DNA from: Klebsiella phage KpLz-2_45
Strand: one strand, 5' to 3'
Sequence record: MN871446.1
Length of the DNA stretch: 64,000 nucleotides
Each line of letters opens with the position of its first letter. The stretch's first letter is position 1. Position numbers and translations under genes: made by a program. Below are positions 58,144-64,000 of the stretch, one piece after another. The notes under the pieces were generated by a model. That model was not told the origin of the DNA, searched no databases, and saw only the letters and a list, made by a program, of their open reading frames with translations.

Positions 58144-58248
58144 TCCCTTTAAGGAAAGTATGGGTGTCAAGCGGCATAACCGCCACAGTGAATTTGAGAG
58201 GCTGACAAGTTGGCCCAACATGTGCATTAATCATGTCACGGAATAAAG

Positions 58249-58466
58249 AGGCGCCTTTGTTTCGTGCTACCTGTAAGGGTTTAAGATTAAGTTAGTTGCA
58301 AGTCAGCCCCTCAAAAGGGGCGATGACATCTACAAACTTTCAGCTTTCCTATCTTTGGATTCCGGGCCACAGTAGGAGTAAGTTGAATTATGCCGATTTA
58401 AGGTCAGCCTTATCTGTAGATGTCATCTATTGTAAAAAGACAGGCGCCTGAATTAGCTAGGCGCCT
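58249..58466. promoter_or_regulatory. palindrome-rich putative regulatory region upstream of the TAXI-like gene
   Basis: Three copies of the 8-bp palindrome AGGCGCCT (58249, 58442, 58459). A 13-bp perfect inverted repeat GATGACATCTACA (58322..58334) / TGTAGATGTCATC (58415..58427) with an 80-nt spacer. A GCCCCT-CAAA-AGGGGC hairpin at 58305..58320. Confidence 0.4.
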
Positions 58467-58672
58467 GCGTCGGTGAAGAAGTGTCGTCGTCTCTCCATTC
58501 ATGGAAAGAACCTTGAAAAAGGAATCACCTGTTTATCTTACCAGCCAGCCCGCATTGAGATAAAAGAGTTGTTGTGATTCCCTTGGCGTTCATTCGCAAC
58601 GACAGGGGTTTACTACCGTGAAAAGGAACCTGAAGGTTGGGTTCATAAATGACTGACCAGAGTATTTTTTGA

Positions 58673-58876
58673 TCAATTCGAGTCTTCAGGTAAAGGAGTT
58701 TGCTGGAAATCATCCGACCCGCAGTTCTTACAAAGTAGTGGTTTATCTTGCAGTTTAAATTCCTTTAACTGCTTATCTGTTGGGGAGGTCAAGCAATTTT
58801 TGCATTCGTATTCGTGATGCTTTTTCATAACCTGTCCCTCCTTGAAGGGAATTAAATAAAGTTCCACTCTGCCCAT
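58673..58876 (-). CDS. small zinc-ribbon protein, 67 aa (CKNC ... CKNCG)
   Basis: Two C-x2-C pairs. Confidence 0.5.
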   Translation of the reverse strand: MGRVELYLIPFKEGQVMKKHHEYECKNCLTSPTDKQLKEFKLQDKPLLCKNCGSDDFQQTPLPEDSN

Positions 58877-59739
58877 TCTGGTCGTTTAGAATAGCAACGG
58901 GCGTAAACTTCTCTCGGTTGAATAGATTCTCCCTGAGAGCATTTGAAAGCGTTTTGGTACTCTTTCTTACCTACTTTCACTCTTCGCTTGTAATCCGGGT
59001 TATTCGGATTTTTACTTTTTGGCTTCTGACGAGACTCGGCGAATTTATCACGCCAAACCGGTTTGGTTTTTCTTTCCTGTCCGTAGTCGTCGCTCTGATC
59101 TTCAGTAACCGTAGGGTAACCTTGACGAGTGTCTTTCCACCACATAGAGAAACCTTTTGAAACTGCCCAGCATTTCTCATGGTCGTTCACTAACAAGAAT
59201 CGTGACGCCAGTAAATTGATAGGGGTAGCATCAAAAGCGTTCTGAAGGACTTTGCTACTATGGATACCCAGGCGAAGAAATTCTTCTGTTTGTACTACTG
59301 CGTGCCTTGGCATTCGACTGACTTCACTATAGTACACCGCGGAGTCTTTCGGATGGTAAACTACAACGCCCTCTATCGTCTTATCATTAACGTCGGGAAT
59401 CTTCAATCCGTTAATGATAGTCCAATCCGGGAAATGTTTAGGGTCACGATTTGCAAAGTGTAACCAAACCGTGTCATCTTTCCATTCTGCTTTTTGTAAC
59501 CCGTAACCCATCCGAACCTTAAAGAATTCCTCTTCGTGCTCTTTGAGAAAGCGTTCGTAGAGATCTTTGAAGATAGGGATCAATTCTACCGGTTTACGTG
59601 AAACAAATTGTTGCACCGACCATTCCAATAGGCAATGGGAGAGAATCATCCAATCGCTATTCTCATTAGCCAGTGTAGTCATTGATTTACGGAGCCTATG
59701 GCTCAACGTCAAAATAATGACAACGGTTGAGTTATCCAT
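58852..59739 (-). CDS. hypothetical protein, 295 aa, basic C-terminus
   Basis: Long ORF. Confidence 0.7.
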   Translation of the reverse strand: MDNSTVVIILTLSHRLRKSMTTLANENSDWMILSHCLLEWSVQQFVSRKPVELIPIFKDLYERFLKEHEEEFFKVRMGYGLQKAEWKDDTVWLHFANRDPKHFPDWTIINGLKIPDVNDKTIEGVVVYHPKDSAVYYSEVSRMPRHAVVQTEEFLRLGIHSSKVLQNAFDATPINLLASRFLLVNDHEKCWAVSKGFSMWWKDTRQGYPTVTEDQSDDYGQERKTKPVWRDKFAESRQKPKSKNPNNPDYKRRVKVGKKEYQNAFKCSQGESIQPREVYARCYSKRPEWAEWNFI

Positions 59740-59797
59740 AAATTCCTCAATTAAAAAGTGTCTTCTACATTAAAACGGTTTACCGTAAAAAAGCATA

Positions 59798-59826
59798 GGA
59801 GAGAGGAGGGAATTCCCTCCTCTCTC
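59798..59826 (-). terminator. intrinsic terminator (GGAGAGAGGAGGG-AATT-CCCTCCTCTCTC, then CTATGCTTTTTTACGG on minus strand)
   Basis: Perfect palindromic hairpin centred on GAATTC, with a T6 run on the minus strand. It closes a short minus-strand transcription unit that contains the permuted tRNA-like element. Confidence 0.6.
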
Positions 59827-59992
59827 GATTAATTCATTTATCAAAAAGTGATCTCTTTGAAAAAGAAACTTTTGTGGTAAGAAGGGCGGAGGTAAGGATA
59901 TAACCATCCCCAACACCGCCCATAGCCATTCAGCTATAAACAGAATTTAGCGCGACCTATCTAAGAATAAGATTGGAAGTTTTATTTTATAA

Positions 59993-60087
59993 TCTAGTGC
60001 TCTACCGGCTGAGCTATCTGCCTCCAAGAAACACTCTGTGAATGTGTCCAGGTAGGCAGAGCGGAATTCGAATCCGCGACCTCTAGA
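59993..60087 (-). ncRNA. circularly permuted tRNA-like element: tRNA 3' half (anticodon-stem 3' strand + variable loop AGGTC + T-arm + acceptor 3' strand + A + CC) located upstream of the matching 5' half (acceptor, D-arm, anticodon-stem 5' strand), 27-nt spacer
   Basis: Minus-strand read TCTAG-AGGTC-GCGGA-TTCGAAT-TCCGC-TCTGCCT-A-CC | TGGACACATTCACAGAGTGTTTCTTGG | AGGCAGA-TA-GCTC-AGCCGGTA-GAGC-A-CTAGA. Acceptor strands (AGGCAGA/TCTGCCT) and anticodon-stem strands (CTAGA/TCTAG) are perfectly complementary but in permuted order. Confidence 0.45.
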
Positions 60088-60235
60088 ATTCTTTCCGTAA
60101 AAGAAAGAAAGTTCAGTCCGCTATTTTACTGTTTACTCTTTATCTTTAAGCGTGTGAGGCGATAAGATAAAGTTAACACTAACCATCTGGGTCGCATTAT
60201 GGGTGCATTGATGACTGCGTCTACCAATTCCGCCA

Positions 60236-60276
60236 TTCTCCCATAGTTTGGTGGGAGAAGAAAGAGTCGAACTTCC
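60236..60276 (-). ncRNA. tRNA 3'-end-like minihelix (T-arm GGAAG-TTCGACT-CTTTC + 7-nt acceptor strand + A + CCA) whose acceptor strand pairs with an immediately adjacent downstream segment
   Basis: Minus-strand read GGAAGTTCGACTCTTTC-TTCTCCC-A-CCA-AACTA-TGGGAGAA. No D or anticodon arm is detectable. Confidence 0.3.
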
Positions 60277-60309
60277 AGTGGGGTCATCACACCTGCAACA
60301 CGGACTAAC

Positions 60310-60350
60310 AATAAAGATAAGGTTGGCCTCAATCTTTATTATCAATGGGC
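60310..60350 (-). terminator. intrinsic terminator after gene 60379..61146 (AATAAAGAT-13 nt loop-ATCTTTATT)
   Basis: 9-bp A/T-rich stem whose 3' side is U-rich on the minus strand. Confidence 0.45.
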
Positions 60351-60378
60351 ACTCGTGAGAATACCCATTACTAACACA

Positions 60379-61146
60379 TTAAGCAGTGAAGTTTTTCAGA
60401 ATCACGTTGGTCAGTACTTCGCCGATAGAACCCTGAACAACTTCGGTGCAGTTTGCACGCATACGTGCATTAGTGACTTCAACGATCAGTTCGTCGATAT
60501 CACGCAGTGCGTTGGCTTTCTGCATCGGGGTGCAGGCGCCGGAATAACTTTTACGGGTGAAGCTACCAATTACGACGGTGCTTTCCGATTCTTTCACCTG
60601 TGCAGGGTGGTGGTCGGTAGCCGGCGCCAGGATAACCGGAGTGAGTACTTTCTCGGTTTTCGTCGTGACTTCGTCCGTCACGGTACGGAATCCGTAGGTG
60701 CTGTTGCTATCGCGTTCCCATTGTTTGGACGAATCCAGAGTAGGGGCAGCGGCGATCAGTTTGCGCAGTTCCGCCAGGCGTTTTTCCAGGCCCAGGAGTT
60801 CATCTACCGGCACTCCAGAAACGAGGACTTCGCCTTTGAACATGATGTCTGCTTTTGCGACCTGGTTAGTCAGGGCTTTTTGCAGGCGAAGGTCTTCTGC
60901 CGTGGCGAAATATTCGAAGAGGTACTGCAGCGTTTCGGCAACAGTGGTGATCACTGCCTTGCTGGTACTTTCGCTTTTTTCGATCGCGGCGTTGGCGTCG
61001 TTGTCTTCGTGCAGTTTCAGGGTTTTATCAAACCCGCTGAAATATTCAGCCGATTTATTGAATTTTTTACTGGCGTCTTCGATCAGGACTTGCACTTGTT
61101 TGGTGCGAGTGGGTTCTGCTGCCAATACTTCGTGTAACTTAGCCAT
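60379..61146 (-). CDS. hypothetical protein, 255 aa (codon-optimised, probably abundant)
   Basis: Natural-looking protein sequence, SD AAGGAAA upstream, terminators on both sides. The antisense 260-aa ORF is Phe-rich nonsense. Confidence 0.8.
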   Translation of the reverse strand: MAKLHEVLAAEPTRTKQVQVLIEDASKKFNKSAEYFSGFDKTLKLHEDNDANAAIEKSESTSKAVITTVAETLQYLFEYFATAEDLRLQKALTNQVAKADIMFKGEVLVSGVPVDELLGLEKRLAELRKLIAAAPTLDSSKQWERDSNSTYGFRTVTDEVTTKTEKVLTPVILAPATDHHPAQVKESESTVVIGSFTRKSYSGACTPMQKANALRDIDELIVEVTNARMRANCTEVVQGSIGEVLTNVILKNFTA

Positions 61147-61216
61147 TTGATTTCCTTACGATAAGAGTGAAAATAAAGTTTGTTCATAAACTAGTTAACG
61201 ACGTAAAATAAAAAAA

Positions 61217-61239
61217 AAGAAAGGGCGTACCCTTTCTTT
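61217..61239 (-). terminator. intrinsic terminator (AAAGAAAGGG-TACG-CCCTTTCTTT flanked by A9/T9)
   Basis: Hairpin followed by a T-run on the minus strand, downstream of 61248..61826. The plus strand also carries a T-run. Confidence 0.7.
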
Positions 61240-61247
61240 TTGGCAGA

Positions 61248-61826
61248 TTAATCTACCATAGCCAACCGTAAAACCACCCCGCTGTAATGACCGCCTAAAT
61301 CCATACGACTGGCCAAAATCCACTGGAAGCCAAACGCTCTCGCAATGTAGCGAAACCCTGCGACATTAACGGCCGGTTCGTACCGATCACCGTCAACATC
61401 ATCCGGCAGATTACGTTGGTGAACTTGTGCCATTAAAGAATCGAAATCTGGGAGTAGCTTATAAGCGTACTCGACTAAAATATCTTTCATCCAGACGACG
61501 TACACCTCGCAGTCAAAACTTTCCATTACCGGAGTAATAGATAACCGCGTAATATTGCGCGCTTTATCTTCCAGCGTATATGCTTTGATTTGACGCACTC
61601 CGGCGGCATAAAGTTCGTCGAGTGTTTCGTTGAGTTCGTAATTAAAAGGGAGATCAAACCCAAGGATATTTTTAGCGTCATTCTCTACGTCCAGGTCAAC
61701 GATGCTCGTTCCAGGGGGCGAGATATGGGTAACCGTGATAAGAATGTGTTTGGCAGTGGAAGCAGAAACTTTTCCGGCCAAGTTAAACGCAGCAACAAAT
61801 TTTCCTAACGAGATTAATTCTGACAT
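61248..61826 (-). CDS. hypothetical protein, 192 aa
   Basis: ORF. Confidence 0.7.
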   Translation of the reverse strand: MSELISLGKFVAAFNLAGKVSASTAKHILITVTHISPPGTSIVDLDVENDAKNILGFDLPFNYELNETLDELYAAGVRQIKAYTLEDKARNITRLSITPVMESFDCEVYVVWMKDILVEYAYKLLPDFDSLMAQVHQRNLPDDVDGDRYEPAVNVAGFRYIARAFGFQWILASRMDLGGHYSGVVLRLAMVD

Positions 61827-61854
61827 GTTATTCTCCTAAAACAAAATAAGGGCA

Positions 61855-61876
61855 GGTAGGGGTCGAAACCCCTACC
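61855..61876 (-). terminator. intrinsic terminator (GGTAGGGGT-TTCG-ACCCCTACC + TGCCCTTATTTTGTTTT)
   Basis: Hairpin followed by a U-rich tract on the minus strand after the stop of 61884..62336. Confidence 0.6.
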
Positions 61877-61883
61877 CAGTAAA

Positions 61884-62336
61884 TTATTCGGCCATCAGTA
61901 CGTTTTTGCAGGAGAACAAATATTCCTGCTGATCAAAATGATCCCAGTCAACTTCGACATAGATTTTGATCGCATTGGTACGGGCTCCAACTTTGCCCTT
62001 CATGGCGATGTGAACACGCACTGTACCTAAGCCGCATTTACAAACACGGTCAATTGTTTTTGCGACATCCAGCGCGCGAGCACCTTGACCAAAAAGAGAA
62101 ACAAACTCTTTTGCATCAAAACGATCACCATGGGAATGAATGCGATTAGACAAAAGGATACGAGCATTGGCCGCGAAAGCTAACTGTTCGGCTTCTTCCA
62201 GGGTCTCAACGAATTTCACTTCGGGGAGATAACCTGTACTTTCGGCTAAGCCTTTGGTTTTCAGAATGACACGTTGAATCTTGATCTTTTGTTCTTCGGT
62301 AATCATGTACGTACGAATCCTAATTGAGAGTTGCAC
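61884..62336 (-). CDS. hypothetical protein, 150 aa; weak resemblance to T-fold (dihydroneopterin aldolase FolB-like) proteins
   Basis: The segment VRVHIAMKGKVGARTNAIKIYVEV resembles FolB VRIKLSKPGAVARAANVGVIIER. This is an unverified by-eye similarity only. Confidence 0.65.
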   Translation of the reverse strand: MQLSIRIRTYMITEEQKIKIQRVILKTKGLAESTGYLPEVKFVETLEEAEQLAFAANARILLSNRIHSHGDRFDAKEFVSLFGQGARALDVAKTIDRVCKCGLGTVRVHIAMKGKVGARTNAIKIYVEVDWDHFDQQEYLFSCKNVLMAE

Positions 62337-62364
62337 AAAGAATAATCACAACGTTAAACTTTGA

Positions 62365-62652
62365 TTAACGAAGCGCAGCATTAAAACGCTGTTTAAATAA
62401 CTTCTGGAAACCCGTTTTCACCATCGGATTAAAGCCGGTTTCGGTACGGTGACGGAATTCAATTGTCGATCCGTTAACGATCAACAGGAGTTTTTGATAG
62501 GGTTCCAGGCCGTCTTCTACCGAGAACGACATCGCATCGACGTTAATAAGATCAATCGCGTGGAACGCGTTATCGGTTTCAATCGTAACGACGTTTCCTT
62601 TTTCGCTGGCCTGGGAATCTACTTTGAAGAGATGTTTGGTATAAACAATCAT
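62365..62652 (-). CDS. hypothetical protein, 95 aa
   Basis: ORF. Confidence 0.55.
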   Translation of the reverse strand: MIVYTKHLFKVDSQASEKGNVVTIETDNAFHAIDLINVDAMSFSVEDGLEPYQKLLLIVNGSTIEFRHRTETGFNPMVKTGFQKLFKQRFNAALR

Positions 62653-62664
62653 TTTACCTCCGGA

Positions 62665-63834
62665 TTAAATAAAACTTGTTTTGATCATACTTTCAGTTTC
62701 GATGAAGGTCTCCCAGTTTAATGCTTCCGCCAACGTGATTTTCTCACGACCAGCGAAATCTACCGGTTCGAGATCAACTGCGCTCCGGGCCTTCGCTGCT
62801 TCGGTTTCGTTTAACGTTCTGAATGACAGGGCTTTAAACAAACGGCCGGGGCGAATAATTGCATTATCGACTGACTTGAGGTTAAGTAAGTTAGTTGAGA
62901 TAATGAATTTGACGTTACCGGAAGTGATCCCCTCTGCGGCGTTTAATAAACCGGACATTAAGCTATTACCGTTTTCGCGACGCTCCAGCATAACTAGCTG
63001 GTCTTCGGTGACGAGCCAAGTACCGTCATCCAAATCATGGATATACGGAACAATAGATGGCGAATTGAGTACGTCTGCAGTATCCGCTACAACGACGTTA
63101 TCATTTTTTTGTTCATTTTTCCACCGTATCATTTCACGAATGAACTGACTCTTACCTAACCCTGGTGCACCATAAAGGACTAAAACATTATTGTTTGATT
63201 TATCAAATGCTTCCGCCAATTCCGCAGGGGATAATGAGAAATAAGGCCAGAATCCCTTAAAGTCTTTTATCTCTTTTTTATCTTGCAGTCGTTTGTTCCG
63301 CGCAACGACATTACCGGCAGCATTCAGCGACAAACGAGAAACCGTTTCCGGTAAGCGGGCCGTGAAGAACGTACTGATGATTTCCCCGAACCCTTGACAG
63401 AGATCGTCAGGCCCGTAACAGAATACAAAGTTTTCTGAGACACCGGACCCAAAATAGAGCATCCCTACAATCTCTCCTCGTAGGTTAGCGAGAAGGAATG
63501 CCCCAGGAATAATTTCGGTGTAAACAAAAGTGTCGAATTTCGAGAGGTAATTACGTAACTGATTGGAAAGCAGTTCCTCAACACTTTTCCCTAAGTCGCG
63601 TGCATTCCCTGTTAACCAAAACCCTTTCCTTGAGAAACCCATAGGGCGATTATTGACCCCCAAGAAAATTTTGATCGCTTTTTTAACATGGTCGCCGTTA
63701 CTTCGACCTTCAACATTTATCCGGCAGTAAATATCGAAAAATTCCATCATTTCTTCTTTGAGCTTACCTGAATCGGCGCGTGCATTTGACGTAAAATCTT
63801 TAGTCAAAACATTGTTTTTACTTTCATTAGCCAT
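62665..63834 (-). CDS. P-loop NTPase (putative AAA-type ATPase), 389 aa
   Basis: Walker A LVLYGAPGLGKSQF. Candidate Walker B NDNVVVADTAD. Confidence 0.75.
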   Translation of the reverse strand: MANESKNNVLTKDFTSNARADSGKLKEEMMEFFDIYCRINVEGRSNGDHVKKAIKIFLGVNNRPMGFSRKGFWLTGNARDLGKSVEELLSNQLRNYLSKFDTFVYTEIIPGAFLLANLRGEIVGMLYFGSGVSENFVFCYGPDDLCQGFGEIISTFFTARLPETVSRLSLNAAGNVVARNKRLQDKKEIKDFKGFWPYFSLSPAELAEAFDKSNNNVLVLYGAPGLGKSQFIREMIRWKNEQKNDNVVVADTADVLNSPSIVPYIHDLDDGTWLVTEDQLVMLERRENGNSLMSGLLNAAEGITSGNVKFIISTNLLNLKSVDNAIIRPGRLFKALSFRTLNETEAAKARSAVDLEPVDFAGREKITLAEALNWETFIETESMIKTSFI

Positions 63835-64000
63835 TTAGATTTCCTTATTAAACAAAGTTAGTTATTGACAAGTACAACCACCAGAGAAAATACTCCCGTA
63901 GCACTTTTCGCAGATGACATCTTCAATGGTCAGTATAATCATTTCTTTTTCCTACTTGGGGATTTCATCCCGGTTTCCAAAATACTGAGTTGTACTTCCA

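Noticed and set aside
58525-58713. 62-aa minus-strand ORF in the intergenic region upstream of the TAXI-like gene
   Set aside because: It overlaps the end of 58673..58876 and has no RBS. The region is better explained as non-coding regulatory sequence.
54380-60350. tRNA fragments interpreted as att sites of an integrated prophage or island within a bacterial chromosome
   Set aside because: Gene content on both sides is phage-like (split RNAP/polB, structural paralog arrays). phiKZ-like phages are not known to integrate. No integrase or recombinase gene was seen. Local tRNA duplication and decay, possibly HNH-driven, is the more economical explanation, though the permuted arrangement remains notable.
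60355-61137. 260-aa plus-strand ORF overlapping 60379..61146
   Set aside because: Phe/Arg-rich nonsense composition. The minus-strand ORF has an SD (AAGGAAA), flanking terminators and a natural-looking sequence.
1-64000. CRISPR arrays, IS elements or transposases, rRNA genes
   Set aside because: No regularly spaced direct repeats, no transposase-like ORFs, no terminal inverted repeats bounding genes, and no rRNA-like segments were seen. Only hairpin terminators and the palindromes already listed.

Overview
This 64 kb window looks like a segment of a phiKZ-like (Chimalliviridae-type) jumbo phage genome rather than bacterial chromosome. It is densely packed with long ORFs, mostly on the minus strand, and few show detectable similarity to known proteins. 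The diagnostic markers are two replication/transcription genes split into separate ORFs. ORF 42811..44184 (-) is a stand-alone homolog of the C-terminal part of the multisubunit RNA polymerase beta-prime subunit. ORF 40965..42701 (+) is the N-terminal part of a family B DNA polymerase (Exo I/II motifs plus polymerase motif A) and stops before motifs B/C. An SF2 helicase lies nearby (49384..51348). Coordinates 592 to about 36800 look like a virion/structural module. They include a 761-aa candidate major capsid protein (11067..13352, strongly codon-optimised with long spurious antisense ORFs). A 932-aa protein with an acidic DPFAT-repeat tail is a portal candidate. An 814-aa protein ends in LxGLW repeats, and a 739-aa protein carries an RG/RGG low-complexity segment. 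Four tandem paralogs (23612..29928) share an ILNIF motif and a terminal Ala, and one has an expanded acidic low-complexity region; these are candidate inner-body/ejection proteins. A minus-strand tRNA cluster (55816..57060) has six intact tRNAs (Ser-GCT, Asn-GTT, Asp-GTC, Gly-TCC, Leu-TAA, Ile2/Met-CAT) closely resembling enterobacterial tRNAs, split by an HNH homing endonuclease. The cluster also contains an Ala-like tRNA whose anticodon loop carries a 30-nt insertion with a perfect GC hairpin. It is flanked by a roughly 1 kb ORF-free structured region with tRNA 3'-fragment-like elements. A second locus (59993..60087) holds the two halves of one tRNA in circularly permuted order (3' half upstream of 5' half). 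Accessory genes include a signal-peptide TAXI-like periplasmic solute-binding protein preceded by a palindrome-rich regulatory region, two GNAT acetyltransferases, a secreted small protein, tandem paralog pairs, zinc-ribbon mini-proteins, an HExxH metallopeptidase and a P-loop ATPase. Many intergenic GC-rich hairpins with flanking T-runs serve as uni- or bidirectional intrinsic terminators. Family-level functional calls rest on motifs I could read directly and are not verified by any search.
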